A stretch of DNA of 64,000 nt from Diplonema japonicum (GCA_964019335.1 OZ025708.1:434001-498000); one strand, 5' to 3'. Positions 55,601-57,209 are shown, numbered from the stretch's first letter. Notes: a model not told the origin generated them from the letters alone. Numbers and translations are program-made.

Positions 55601-55615
55601 AAAGAGGTCAACTAG
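16607..55615 (+). CDS. Giant (13,002 aa) single-exon type I membrane adhesin-like protein: signal peptide, beta-sandwich/C-type lectin heads, 18 VWA domains, Cys-Trp repeats, ~32 Ca-EGF-like repeats, EGFs, TM, 39-aa tail
   Basis: Uninterrupted ORF with strong GC3 bias. Hydrophobic N-terminus; C-type lectin with EPN (17444) and WND (17531); 18 hand-counted 'CPx(L/M/V)Dhhhh(h)DG(S/T/G)xSM' VWA starts from ~19010 to ~52715; tenascin-type EGF CSNHGKC...CVCDGGWTGADCS; TM AALILVLWIVIVALIAFLVFSLI (~55427-55495). Confidence 0.93.
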   Translation: MHRPLMMLSLTASCHATFYNQGVPMTPFPDVKCSDITFTPGAGCNCNTEISGSVVDVEDGFDPATDTLTCGACAGLGITPNFDTTTGILQMSGAATIDEYAQAIASVTFTSTSGAGTSRRLTYNFGHAMYSTHTGHFYEYYPKNSVNCNTGGFCHWDDAQSECADKSKDILGLAGYLITITSQDEQDVASTKLHGEGWIGSADIAKEGEWRWLTGPEGCPPYNLALTGAARTACDMGYPLPENKNPCTGPDCGQGQLIGTGKGSSFKTASGAYENWESGEPNEYSKDCSPATCSTTGEDYGHYYGNGKWNDYPNGHNRIEGYVCEWGGVGELCMKDDDVFGSQIVVAGCDSYKNRGACEARLPADSCKWDTTQSPAKCVETGCHRYGDETTCEGDVTCDWDTTKSPPECVDNYCAVTHLTEADCNADNTADGPCYWNTNIPGDQKCQTLVCADVTDKCKCIQSSPQCQWDSSKGSCHNPSITNTAVCGDLNTETACMADTTCNWDTSKTPLCQLSECYPLCTQLTCVAKAGCAWDGTDCRREPPGCAAHTNAAACQQDEKCLWNVMWSTANTCVENPCRTHTDQQSCTAVAVEMPSPCTPPAGNPDYCFLNVCDFDSTKTPTCYPKDCLQTSEGTCLAESGCQWVPLQTPPPVGPPSTLVEYCTEEKCKHTTVQLCENDPYCKWDDQLTTCVEAPCPKHPDELSCDQDNVCHWDASTSPPICTPTECGVHTTQGTCDTNTNCMWDGSSTPAHCTAATCEKYNAPSPRDKCGCVADPECSWVVDTTGSGNDHCAKTSYSTCPDLDVAFVIDGSGSMSRSFGNHPHGFYGLLETLRDWVKTLPLTGEDHTVGGASNVKGGGFRLTFIQFSRAEATPAMDHPTNCAVGQCTDGLLSGNINELMGDIDWHEANYQAHWTYLHDALLDVADHTFLPSQSPSHRKHVVVVIADGGLTDYDGDACSGTSCGQCPSGCDSQWKPTYPGMLDDAQQKLRDEDVVVFGIVMRRFSYHTFQDDNAEAKLKPLVTDPKDDHFMNLMLDEIPGQVLEPFCDPNSKFGKTLIPPIDAKHYQCATWGFKDECNADSLCEWKTPRLATCASATGCPELNCQGIPQQYKGLYDCSKCKLQRATVICGASVKSSIDGTCEETHCAKCCNETCCNADAACSWKTPGETCERKVCEYTDQSACENDPDLLCKWDGSKCDPKPCGSIFVQEKCLNSTNNCQWDTSLDPPVCKQIPTCDTKTDPAVCKSDPGCEWDCNSTTCRDTKCSYPDPGTCSVDTDCEWLGTMCKEKKCTPAKTQVDCKDCDNCVWDPASSTCTEDKCKPLNQADCGSSDVCHWDNNECVTDYCPQYKDDEVECGHDPRCHWDSATTPPTCQPTTCTKDHNTQYPGLGDAPSQMGTIDDAACTNDPGCKTGTDSKGPYCAPASCSDHTKNCDCVRDTNCYWDPAVTAPAPKCKDNKVSSCPDLDVVFVLDGSGSMGASFGSHPHGYYAMLEMLRDWVRTLPLTGEDNTFGINSAVTGGTFRIAFVQFSIENEYWVCRNGADGCSKWSNWGSCTQPRLPAGRICSNGQLTGELTELENDLDWHEANYMGSLTYMAAALDDAVDIFHGSPAHRAHVLVIITDGQMNPLEPQRSQEIPAIRQKLDAEGVITFGVVVRKTAAHTKADIDAEETLKPVTSDAHDDHFVNVPLDDMLTEVFNDFCDPAGRFGAAIRQQAQNQNSANNTAPPAQSAAVPCSKWGVKLECRSDQACDWKTPAPTSCPGNGCTNLNCLELPAAQVSAGMTCANCKLSGGAVSCTAGSSNPVGSGYCGATSCEEHCAEVPCEQDTANDCFWDTDKCQRKVCSYPDKNACEADPDAMCMWDTTATPAACVPKKCLHFTQGTCDVDGDCQWDPATQDCKEKDPDCTTITDKLDCLNHVSDACDWKCDTNTCVQKVCRETTSTACGNSVDGCEWDAGSNVCHKQHCVGASTENACISDGACKWTAATSTCAESKCYKFATEATCDHDTDCHWDPTGCEGCKEKYCYKTFTDDASCNADPKGTCMWDSTNNKCVDKTCDSYNNPAMGTDRMCDCQADSRCVVDRSVPTAPVCRDQHFTQCPDLDVVVAFDGSTSMNNRFGTHPNGFEGLMEALRDWVQALPLTGEAAGVTSTDTNGRVRVGFSEWDQGVRLAECPSCACSPSVGSDGDGIPTTSSMNTKGKTPPRPADNCGKLTGDKAQLLADLDWHEGEKRRPQTLVKEAEEFAGETFKASPAYRKKILLIFTDGMIQDRASLGPAGAVLAAEGVQTFGIVLTRGNPNFLDQQNLDALKEIVTDPKDSHALMMQIDEAHQVLDDFCNPNSVFGALITSGSTTQPNTEPACDTIQSIPDCMARSTCQWNSITVACEDHPCFKHCGETDCIADTTNQCKFNNGTLQCEKTVCKDHLSQQECIDNDCKWDAAKDPRCYEGPCQATDQAGCNNLGKQCTWDTTIQPDPKCVETPCYYDNQTACVADTDCEWDDVCPDDADQKCVPKRCTQPDHQTQAGCTKDTWCVWTSALTCELGKCAKYPTEKCCDHDDGCHWDISSNPPVCGEKYCPKTYPTVATKDQCDADSKCMWDPSKQACVEEDCSKLDTCPCRAHPDCYWDAAHSKCTDAKYGECPTMDVIMLMDGSGSMDAWFGNHPHGFYGLIEILRDWAKTLPLTGELAGTNTGPGPVTGGLRLGFVQFSGSNPWWIYSGKSEAIQTPSGTGTGGHLSGDLTEINDDLDWHENNYMGDGTMIEKGLTMVGDMFDASHQHAVRPRILIIFTDGKIYDPNSLGPARTVLDQEDVQTFGIVIRKQQAHTKADVDAEATLKPITSDPHDDHFQNLMLDEISTKVLGDICDPNGKFGHLIVTNSPSTQAGVHAPCPNHADSHLCNADPGCEWHAASDECQDSPCIAHCDEQSCVQDTANLCTWNGTECWKETKCAYTDQTQCVNSPDLCVWDNGVCVLPPCTPNKNQADCEADKDGCAWVNQNGQDMCIVEPCSSDYQSVCSSDPACKWDYPLCGNTSKLQCMPKGCDYLTVKGDCDGDVHCVWDAAASTCKDRVCAQFRDERCCDKDATCKWDVTTDPAVCSQKKCPAIQTQPKCDEQSDCMWNSTTNTCVDLDCSKFPDMCPCNQHDKCYWKPGAGFAGTGACVAVEFGECPTLDIVLVLDGSGSMSAKFGNHPHGFDALMEMMRDWIETLPLNGEDASVGINSKKDNGGVRVGIVQFSGWNNWRSEARKTPGGVGSGGRLSGTLQQLEDDVDWHEDNYMGDGTMIEEGLTMAADMFHASPVDGRQRVLFIFTDGQIYDPNSLSGARAELDKEGVQVFGIVVRKATQHTKADLDAEKTLKPITSDPHDDHFKNVMIDEVPDLMKGICDPNGPWGHLIVKDPPQPSSGVHLPCPDYQTQGTCKKDPGCIWSDVGSVCLNSPCLLHCNDSACQGDPNNNCTWVNGSICTKAPDPTCDCAYTTGDPVYNENMCKANAMCVWDAASSVCQHDECAAGQPGNLTCGAVNQLCMDPTPAPCTDDYYCDCVPPATRDPTTQPGQAAAVCVLDECAVDCPTCAGTTCSDKNQDCFDPTPTVSSLSDWTCTCKPPYTGVAVANAAVCQIDECKDQTCGTCAKNTCSDKNQTCHDPDTTVSNDWTCTCPPPANQSAVAAAASSCDFDECTIHKDTCENADQTCHDPDQSVTGDWTCTCKPPSNGTATAQVAWCELDECVKTCPSCANTTCTGENQLCDDPNKGSHSTGDWTCTCQNPFTGSATAAAAICKLDECSALCTGTSCANATCSNVNQTCHDPDFTKLGDWTCNCPPPSKQLPSPQQPVMGCEVNECDLHKAVCENQGQVCEDPDQLVADDWKCKCVPPMNGTATAQPAECTIDECVASCATCANDTCSSEGQTCEDPDTSMHSTADWTCTCPPPYTGVAIANSATCLLDECAANCTDPTCAGTTCSDKNQTCHDPDTTTLGDWTCACPPPSQKQPVVGAPVVGCEENECDKMKQICENVGQTCDDPDQLTPNDWECKCAPPMNGTGVAKPAECTVDECASDCVGPTCANATCSDANQVCNDPDTAVHSTGDWTCTCPSPYSGVAIGSAAICRIDECVQTCPTCADNACSNASQICNDPDTSNLGDWTCSCPPPAQKPSQVGGPVAPSCDVDECDLHKDTCESQQQTCFDPDQGKVGDWQCKCVPPMNGTATAQPAECTIDECVASCATCANDTCSSKSQTCEDPDTSMHSTADWTCTCPPPTTGKAVANSAECVIDECVETCGTCSNGACASEGQTCHDPNVAANSTGNWICTCQPPSTGFATGKAAIPCVVDECKDPDNEKKCADAGQECVDPNPSLGSRNDWECHCIVPPATKNASAVMNPADCEYPGECKTDPEAKKCVAAGHICDDPNTDPMSTGDWVCMCPPPSTGNNVTATSPGGVAGMVCETNECVVVCPTCAQTASSPTNLCTAEGQECRDPDTTRYGDWQCECPAPWTGTPVTGGAANCSLDECVANCPSCSNGACSDEGQTCEDANTGVHDLKDWTCTCPLPGVGSATAKPATCVCDECSEADQKCSAAGQICFDPNTDCNSKKDYTCECKAPYSGTATAQAATCEVDECKENNATCTAVGQVCNDPDMTKLNDWECKCPPPSTGMAVGQAADTCKLDECVETCNTCAGTTCSDADQTCADPNTDAASTGDWICTCKPPAANNSATGKPAVCICDECVGDTLCAAANQSCYDANTVCNTPSDFVCECEPPMIGNATGSVATCSLDECEINGATCVAQGQECNDPDHTKVGDWECKCKPPSVGNATAQAAECVYDECKIQDCPTCANDTCSAAAQDCEDMNTSPTSTSDWVCKCPPPSNHTATGKVAVCDLDECKEPANAGKCTEMCVPGTLDCGQTCYDPDPTTASTGDWECLCPPPATGKMVAGPVVHCTYNECDEKETVCAAEGQGCEDTNQQTLNDWVCECLPPATGNATVRPARCLLDECKVQNCPTCANDTCSSVGQECEDPDTTATSTGDWVCKCPLPSTHEATAKPAVCEIDECDEPQNNCTANCVAPNTPNCEQTCFDPDTSPNSLGDWTCSCPPPTSGKAVAQAAMCTVDECVEHGATCTAEGQTCRDLNTSKLNDWECVCTAPAKGSAFAQKVKTCVLDECVEDCDTCSKNTCTDAGQTCEDPNTSESSKSDWICKCPSPSTNTATGKPATCEVDECKENGWKCTADCKGALNCAQQCFDPNTNTTSLDDWKCVCQPPSTDSAVAKAAICTVEPCIHDNEPACDQDPDGCEWSLLPTPVCKPIPCQHTKEVDCKAETGCEWLVYSGASTNAGTGAVSYEVLMPVKPFPAVATCDASCSCAAQNAVFVRVGDGYVNGKDSLTCGGCAAVGVTVNWQAAGGSLTVSGGAGVSGDNLAEIVASIEFTTSSTDGGKRSLSWNFGTVLDTAATATACGGVVDLVGGVCVTEKCDYGTDAECEADPFCDWVGGTTDPCVIAPCVLYPNEKECSKDPDCRFDVSSSPAMCKEKPCRAFKGSVECDAEDECMWNATQTKCVEKECSKFNDDRCQCHAEDRCYWDVRSTVPKCVESKYGQCPVLDVVMLLDGSGSMSEAFGRHPHGFYAMMEMIRDWVNTLPLTGEDHTVGKASTAPNGGLRMGIIQFSGPVPEAVKTPVGVGSSGSLTGDLTELQGDIDWHEANYIQGSTFIATGLNWAGTMFQFSPSTRQKVLIIVTDGAIKDTASLASAKAVLTAEGVKIFGVVLRKAAAHTQEDLDAEAALKPITSDPHDDHFMNVLIDDMPDQVLNGICDPNSKWGQLLMPGASSENQAGMHKPCPQHLVQMECTADPGCVWSSVGLSCVDSPCVAHCDSTKCTADTVNHCQWKVVNGTTDPSCWVETICAYNDETSCEADDECDWDASKPDCVERPCNQQTETECEADPKGCEWTAATKTCAEKPCKHTVEADCSADALCEWDACAGVAGGGACQKKSCDPTVFTDEVSCTKDARCQWVSGVTGFTCAQEPCAIHSGERCCNTEADCHWDISVSPAQCSVKYCAKMNANQAKCDSDSQCVYEGSSCVEKECGKLAECECRKDADCYWNGDKSFCTPFQFGQCPTLDLVLLLDGSGSMSQAFGRHPHGFDAIMEMVRDWVTTLPLSGEKGIVGVNSQANSGKVRVGIIQFSGVNAQGADPGRADAQATPAGIGSSGSLTGDLAELNTDIDWQETNYYGGGTMIAKGLTDVAQMFHASPNDGRQRVLIIITDGQIFDPDTQAVLQARGELDKERVQVFGVVVRKATAHTAIDDLAEQTLKPMVSVPKDDHFQNLMIDEVPTLVLGEICDPNGKFGRLVVGTNGSSSTGVNKPCKQHTLMGACNADPGCAWYDATLSCADTPCMQHCEEIPCRNDTANKCAWDSTKGLCQKEPQVGCDSLSMGECPKNPKCEVSKDNTTCVDKKCLHDTEQGCVTDPDKCVWNNIDQECTEKPCNHPDEATCENDALCDWNNGNNPLSYSKGVKMSPLNLTCNPTTTCMNGCAGLINGAAVSIDSADYVKGKDTLECAGCPALGMKTEWSVETGSLLLTSMDGQEKSLEKFTEALNQVTFATTSAAGNPRGITWNYGQGVYDARTGHYYRYYASNTVCQTTGGATTAGCTWEDAKQACAAKAFLGLSGYLMTASTDLDTEVARGRIAAEGWMGASATNGAWTWSTGPEAGTALNSYENWMTGEPSAVNGDGYFFPNGEWSSVAKTSDKAVLGYACEWGTTSGPACTGSVGSVIVNAGGCAEEKCTETSRTECVADPYCDWVVNTTACVQKPCTDVMEELPCNKKEGCHWSPSISPAMCVEEPCAKLKDTPTCNADNNCVWEDGKKMCVEKNCNDLSKCLCVEDPKCFWKAAGTSGSCVKNTYGACPTMDIVVLVDGSQSMSQSFGHHPHGFFALMEMLGDWIQSLPLSGEAATVGAASQANSGKVRVAVVQFSGHPQFFSPPNTWSGPVVESVAVSPVGVGTAGRLSGASAELKSDVDWHESNYLEAGTYIAKGLKRASTIFTSSSPVDGRQRVLMIFTDGMIEDAGTDKDIMVQARQDLDGLSVQTFGIVVRRFAQHTQTDVDAEATLKPIVSAPQDEHFMNLQIDEVPDQALNGLCDPNGPWGHLIVAPQTTQAGVHQPCQNYLGKTTCVADKGCTWSDVLTSCLDSVCVPHCDQPTCEGETSTKCVWDGSLEECFKKPVCQYSDKVNCNNDEECKWDSNKCIEKPCNYPDETSCIADTGADCVWSTVTKKCSEKPCNYNNTADCGADGGCQWEDTCKEPEDQMCIVKPCMHSNETACKEDVMCAWNASGCAVATCAHYPDEKCCNRDDGCYWNVQQAPAVCSQHPCRLLGSEGTCNADRNCMWEGGSSTCLEKSCGKYTTRCPCEADPDCFFVVGSNHCTFQRYGTCPTLDVVVLLDGGVSMERKFGRHPQGFYALVEVVRDWARTLPLSGSAAGATPANNNAVRLAFVQFAGSSLWPSGDAKQALSSTGTGTSEGRLTGVLSEVEKDLEFQEDNFMGGNAARQPAPQTTYLLAGLQKASSLFKAGPVDGRRRVLIVVADSPLDDKDKYQTVMADLAASQVEVFAATVRPFTAQSAGDLQADADLKEVVSDPKDGHFVSVEIDQLAASLNGLCDPNSQWGGFIAATAVDREPCNLRVGKTACNKDSGCVWFDTTLSCGDSPCLTHCEAPVCVADTANRCVWNGASCEKEEVCKHPDLVACEADPECEVDKGTCIGKKCKHDTEQGCVADPDSCVWNNLDQACGEKPCNYDNLDQCVLDLKCEWKSLVPECLPKLCTYGNQTACETTEPGMCVWESTDDKCVPAPCKQYQSEIECKLDEGCDWTSECEPKYCERYAGDAGACDSDGLCMWDETKKKCVDKECGAFQNDTCRCHKDADCFWDKGVCKTAKFGECPTLDIVLAVDGSASMTQTFGRHPHGFYGLMEVLKTWTGKLTLSGEKAGTPTTALTGKTRIGVVQFSGKPAIKIPGKDLVDGAQKTPTGTGSGGRLSGDRAEVDADLVWQETNFMEGGTYIAAALDVSADMFQASPRDGRKRVLLIFTDGQIQDADKLVDARKRLEQEEVITFGIVVRRFDAHTQTDIDAEATLKPITSEPHAEHYYNLLLDEISDTLDGLCDPNSMWGKYVVETAQAGVHKPCGNYNEKEACNEDVGCAFRDVLAACVDTPCIKHCSEGLCANDTANKCFWKADESVCYKEEGCSKYKNDGDCGVDTTCAWREDKCVDKPCDYPDENSCTADSTYDCEWSSKDGTCTEKPCQYTEEAGCKGDAKCLWDVACIGTGIPAMCVRKPCDHPTAVECSSDTSQCEWSGTACAMKTCTAYVDERCCNANEKGEGCHWDVKQSPAVCSVDPCRVYGSENACNSERACMWEGTKCGEKDCNKLTDKCACEADPDCFYSTAPGKPHCTFQRYGTCPTLDVVVLLDGGVSMERKFGRHPQGFYALVEVVRDWAQTLPLSGEAAGAASAQNSQAVRLAFVQFAGSESWAPSDSRQALTATGTGTSEGRLTGSLSEVEADLTFQEANFMGGSLLTQPTPQTTYLLAGLQKAVSLFRTSPVDGRKRVLIIVTDDELDDADKHQTARAELDQAQVQVFGVVVRPFDTHTTLDEKAQQTLQPLVSDPKTGHIVNVQVDEIAASLNGLCDPNAAWGKYVGVVAEGRQPCQLHSLKDPCNKDAGCVWFDATLSCADSPCLEHCDGAECAADTVNLCQWNGTVNSCGKEEVCSYPEPSECGVNTECEWKNNVCIGKECKHDNEQGCLADPAVCVWDNVKQDCKKKPCVYDNMDSCNLDLECSWNVDAVECEVKKCNYGNQTACETMEPGMCVWETSPDKCVPAPCKQYGNEKLCMADDSCEWSTAIAPGTCEVKYCRKYCNMETSICNEDECNQDPACLTEPATSICKKKECGMLRDQCACHKEPDCFWLSGERTCVDQKYGTCPTLDLVVVFDGSASMSQVFGRHPHGFYGMVEMLRAWVGGLPLSGEKAGAPVTTGPTSRKIRVAFVQFSGVATAPLTTTPIAGSAIKTPAGVGAAGRLSGDFAELSADLDWHEANYMEKGTYVNLGLQMAASILSSSPTDGRRRAVYVITDGQLQDQAYLEDVKGKLDSVSAEVFGIVVRRFASHTKVDTDAEEALKPITSSPHDKHFVNVDMDELASSSGPLTQLCDPATDFGSSIAMGVAGGKHQPCNAYATKKDCMKDVGCAWNQLSCGTSPCVMHCNETTCNQDVVNECVNGWDSTDETCYREAVCAGSTVTTCVAETGCQWNGSTCEVKPCYHTSEDGCIADTEYVCEWKQSECGVKPCVMHTDALACTGDTTGCVWNSSTSKCTPVKCTPYNIKDECKADVLCQWEEVGSRCVVRPCVEYADDRSCDADKKCHWDTTAAPGSCQLKPCARYENETTCGLDTGCKWDGTEQVCVKKTCHTIPGKCECQQDAACFWSTAGGHARCEEQVFGKCPTLDAVLVLDGSGSMSQSFGRHPHGFYAMMEMIRDWVKTLPLSGELSSVGPSSAAATGGVRLGLVQFSGEPNSVNPATGGVVNSAQRTPPAVGSGGRLSGDLAQLESDITWHEDNYMAQLTFIEEGLNMAANMLTNDSPLDGRRRIVIIITDGVLMDGDRLTTVRAKLQQLQVITFGIAVRRFNAHSAEDDAAEAALKPVVSEKEDDHFMSLTMDEIPEEVLSGLCDPNSKWGKFVSAADGGSSGTGNGTVPCAQLDGKITCNRNTGCVWSDTTLSCGATPCYDHCDQASCDGDVDNHCTFETATQGCTKKPPCSYTAAPECSKDAECMWENGNNKCVEKPCQHEDEEPCLLDTEGCVWDSVEKKCTPEPCQRQTTKVGCDDLADICVWDTAGQNGDVCKPKRCVSCPAGNQTCCESAENKIWCDYTAGNTCVEKPCVGYVDELSCSSATESQCEWDPTTSPGMCKEKYCAKFNETTCDLEPACAWDFGTCDTKRCEDVHEHCSCTTDPSCFWHDGTCVDVHYGACPTMDIVVLLDGSGSMTQSFGRHPNGYFALIEMLKDWVYLLPLPGDIGAAGKDPTKYAPGSARVAIVQFSGDKNLAGASSALVSTDGAKGRLSGYVPELRQDLSFQEHNHMAKDTFLNEALDMAAGLFSGPLYPVDGRRRIVLVLLGSPVLDESMLSGPLGKIQAIGAHLVGIVVRRSDSHATLDNDAAASLEPIVTEPTEAHFKNVAIDNLKEEVFDKWCNPNTPWGSWLVDLKATDSHLPCSFHSGSPECNRDSGCAWDDGLVACTVTPCLQYCSKALCEDLSDPAYRCQFNVTGDSTCTKEKICAYADEQGCMADYECTWTMNRCEPTPCQHHTEPACVSDLVGCEWADDKCTVKKCLYTTPENCTNSDGECEWDPTASVCGPKTCTHTTEKECTDDVKCDWENPTCKKKKCVEHLEEGSCISEAGCEWEVDTSPAYCKETYCHRWTAEANCNLDAACAWDGSICVPSTCMRNNGKPCDCAADPSCFWVESRKSCVEAAFGACPPLDIVVLFDGTESMEGAFGRHPNGFDAVMEMLKDWVKSLPLNGDSYIVPKTSASTAGIRVAFVQVGSNVQPMLVTSPTNPATPSAAGLLSGDMNQLLGDLAFHSANMLGGNGRYMENAVKHAETALSSQSPTTRKQVVLMLTSGKVSDEDKLKLAMATLDPTVQVFGATVRRLSTRTSEDNAAADQMKTLVSVTHAEHFLDLEIDELNEKVFSALCDRTKTFGAAMLKDSVLVSSGTNNQPCSTYSVAGNCRADTGCVWSESLLQCTAHPCRSHGCDQTACTTDTACDWTQEGSCYKKPPTCPSQQTQPTCEAVTENGGCAWVMVDVNVYRCVEKPCVGHQAEDSCITDPNVCEWNSKTSECTKKECTYPTEQECTSAPEVCEWSVDHCKKQRCTAVDEAVCVTDDACEWDTVCKFKKCRQYDDEQTCDHDDQCHWDVSESPSKCDVKVCLRYTSEGACETDPELRCSWDATNNKCANKDCSEITTPCPCNKDLGCYWDTSFDVNGGACVSGSFGGCPLMDVVVLVDGTTSMKSAFGRHASGYQAVMEFLRDWARTLPLSGDSGKVAASVKVDGGVRLGVVQFAAQGRATKTGPTVGSGGHVTGMLSELEADLDYQEAKMIDTSDAYIAGALQLAQAMFTRPERKKVLIVISDSIVMDAGRAEVNAAVSSLFGAGVKVFGVLLRPAAAFPSTAGDARDAMLNVLSDVRDEHFLDAQIEDLKTILDTLCDPSKQFGHLIASAEGGAGALKPKQPCPMYFEKNVCNKDAACRWSASLLVCSDSACVRHCDEDVCKADTSNLCKWDATEQICFKKPICDHPISECAADPGCEWKAADSVCVEKECQHQAESGCLSDPVGCIWDSQTDHCLPRPCIYTAEQACNLDPTCTWDAAIVGTQAWAPCVEQPCTTTNPTECLKDSRRCQWEANKCTVKPCVQYLDEKTCDHDEACHWDVSESPTICSEKYCRKMKSEGLCNDNAKCAWNSGDSLCKEVVCSDLADQCACNERELCTWDKQSTVCKNVDFGGCPSMDVAVVFDGSGSMSQSFGRHPHGFYAMIESLRDWFKTLPLTKEPAGTSAPAPGVRVGLIQFSAPNGALKTPPGTGTGGRFSGNLAELQVDLDWHEANYAMQQTYISEALSFAGLMFQSAAASGRAKILLILTDGKIHDASQLSTARAVLDGQGVQTFGVVLRRFDQHTQTDIDAEEVLSTIVSEPREDHYMNIPLDDFSETVLKDFCDPNSKFGEIILAYQGATGAGHVPCGSHNEAATCWKDGQCFWSDVEVACQWSSCHKHCSQEVCEASKDEQDKACAWTDGCGRTVECTQTTENACKTAECFWDTTTDPTCVVMPCTATSEDGCVADPHGCEWDDVTHVCKVKECNDKTQMPCDAKAICEWDGAIDQCVEKPCVPYTTQAECEKHSFDCKWEGDACKVVNGCVVYTNEKECNTDASGDCEWKTAHSPAHCGVKVCRTYGTEADCEAADKGAADGCAWDKTKMKCDEGVILCKGETAPCSCGQMPGCMWDTRTSKCAASMFSNCPAVDIVIAIDGSLSMGERFGRHPHGFFAVSEMVLDLAKTLPLSGEAAGVASDASLPSGFRVGTVQFSAQREAMKAPAGTGTEGRLSGVLAEIDADVHWHEDLFTSHATDASYLTQAMEMAAKMFDSSPADRKKVLLVVADGDILDAEASSMVTVSGLLEQQRVQVFAVHVRLYNTASPQDEKDTAKMEAFVTSPSNSHVQDVTMEELEDVFASLCNENSTFGYFLSKHGESVHKSSCSEWAILAGCEADSSCMWSAVKSACTASPCVQHCAQEECEADVANMCGWDGASCSRKVCAYTVKDSCDAVQGCRWSTGVTGLEECKPEVGCPAKYTSEKCVTDVNCKWDASDSQCKERHGCVVYTSLPECNADGECAWNTATAQCEDKTGCAVHIAEMTCTPDNECTWDAMSNVCVEKNCAYYKDAVACEAPGVGGACKWNTTDGKCVEVEGCASYNAEAASAQANCNDDVMCQWKENTCVDKTGCARYIAEVTCDRNKDESGVQCAWNGTTCEQAKGCARHTDSITCLGNTGENCDWFTGDDMGTGGEAVCAEKCPARTSAPVCVEQAGCGWVDNKCAKLGCAVHTLKQPCDDDSRIGGCEWLPDQGKCAPKNPGACIIRDEDSCVAGTGSERNKCKWVGANDGEAAPGQQGGACIVNPNHGKCGTDNKGCCKCKPGWSGLECNLCGFEESSDRETCTLCSREGTCSNHGKCGEDNLCVCDGGWTGADCSLRGCADAAPYWYTAYPNQPLKDQTFSLIIHGCFNASSTKDRVVRVVNATGDPSEDCKQAQCTETETNKALVIGTGGCMKAVQQNMSLVEPVSEMELLVDVKATFEATKSENEYTVCWFDGTGFKPLVTHDRDGNRKDTIKVTAEADADTGLITEKGGNGGGGEECCEGLKLGEACLPAALILVLWIVIVALIAFLVFSLIKSQKEKGDLDGKSYNKKFDDFEMEDGNRTMLRDEDKEVN
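27103..32390 (+). repeat. ~32 tandem ~55-aa Ca-EGF-like coding repeats within the giant ORF
   Basis: Consensus (D/N)EC-x(n)-C-x4-Q-x-C-x-DP(D/N)-x(4-6)-DW-x-C-x-C-PPP-x2-G-x-A-x4-A-x-C, counted by hand from HDECAAG to VDECKENG. Confidence 0.85.
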
Positions 55616-57029
55616 GAGCTATTGTGCCCTGGTTGAAAGAAACCTTGAATGAACATAACTGAACAATAAAAAAAAAAGAAAAAAAGAAACAAATAATGGG
55701 AAGAAAACAGAGGATTTGAGAAATAAGAATAAAATTTTTAATCAAAACAAAAATAATGCAGTCGTAAACTCCTGCAAACTTTCTTGTACTTGCCATCCCT
55801 TCCCGGGCTTCCGAAGTTTATTCTTGGCTGCCTCTTCTTTTTCTCTTCTGCTCCTCTGTTTCTTCCCTAGTTTTTTTCCTCTTTTTTTTTCCCTTCTCTT
55901 TTTTTTTTTTAATCTCCCCTCCTTCCCCGCACCCTTTTTCCGTCAGGCACTGACCTGCGTGACAAAGCGTTGGACCGAGATGAGGAAATGTGCTCCAAAA
56001 AGAGCTTCCAGGCAATAAGGCTGAAGTAGCCTTTCTGTGTGGCAAAGGAGTTCCTCCCAGCTTGGTCAATACGCAGATTACTTTTTTGGAGAAAAAAAGA
56101 ACCCTTTTCTTCTCTTTCTTTTCCCTCCCATTGTTATTCTTTTAACAACCACACATAGACCCTCTACGCTGTACGCTTCTCGTCAATCACGCGCAGCAAC
56201 CAAAGTCTTTTGCTTTGAGTGTTTTTATTTTATTTTTTTATTTGTCGCGCCCAATTAAGTTTGTGACAAGCGCGATTTTTTTCTCTTTCTTTCCCCTTTT
56301 TTTTAAAAATTGCACTTCTTTTATCTTCATCTTTATGCTTCGAGGGGGTTCCCCCCTTTTGTGAACACTTTGAACCAAAGTACTATTAATCTTTTTTTTT
56401 TTTCGAAGGCTTGCGTGACACGTACCTGTCGCAGACCCCGACAAGGCTGCCCCGCAGTTTTACCACCGCAGTAGGAACCCGCCAGAGCCCCCAGAACGGG
56501 GACAACGGGGACTAAGAACAGCGCGGCCGGTGAGCGCAAAAACGCATACCTTAAAAGAATAGTTTTTTCTTGTCTTCCTCCCTTCAACTCTTTCATCTTT
56601 TTTTTGAATTTTTTTTTCTTCTCTTCTTTTTAAAAGAAAATCGGAAAGTAAATTAAAAGAGAAAGTCCAAGCCCTTTCCCCTAAAGAAATGTTAAACAAA
56701 AAGGGAAAACAAAGCAACCAAGAGGGAAAACACAAGATGGGGTCAATAGCACGATAAGAGTGTTCCAGGCTCTTGTCATTCTTGGTACCCATCTCCTCCT
56801 TCAGGTGTGTTTGCTGTGAACTGTTTTTGAATTAACCTCTTTATGAAAGGGTTCTCTTTATGCACTCCCCCACCCCATCTCTCTCCCCCCTTCTTTCCCC
56901 TTTCGAACGTTTCATCCGTGCCTTTTGGCTTCTCGTTCTTCTTTTTCTCTTTCATTTTTTTGTGTGCTCTTTTTCTCTTTGCTACTCACCACCCCTCACA
57001 GGTTACCGTACACAACAACAACAATAACG

Positions 57030-57203
57030 ATGCTGCTGCTGCGCCCCTTTGTGTGCGTGACAACGCTGTTGGCGTGTGCTCACGGGCACGGCTAGGAACT
57101 GCGCCTGCAAGGAAGGGGCGAGCCGCAGAGCGTGGAGGGGGCAGACAGGTACCCTGACAGCGGGCCTTCGGACGGGACGCTCGCGGCGGCGGGGCAGGAC
57201 AAC
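57030..57203 (+). pseudogene. Truncated, frameshifted copy of the 5' part of the AA10 LPMO gene at 61580
   Basis: Near-identical to 61583-61804 (ATGCTGCTG...CACGGGCACGGCTA...GCAGGACAAC) but with 20-nt and 28-nt deletions, then an abrupt end. The upstream ACAGGTTA.C.TACAC context is also shared. Confidence 0.9.
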
Positions 57204-57209
57204 CGGCCA

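Noticed and set aside
55496-55612. Orthology of the giant protein to TRAP/CTRP or integrins
   Set aside because: No thrombospondin repeats, no subterminal Trp, and no NPxY or GFFKR motif; the resemblance is architectural only.
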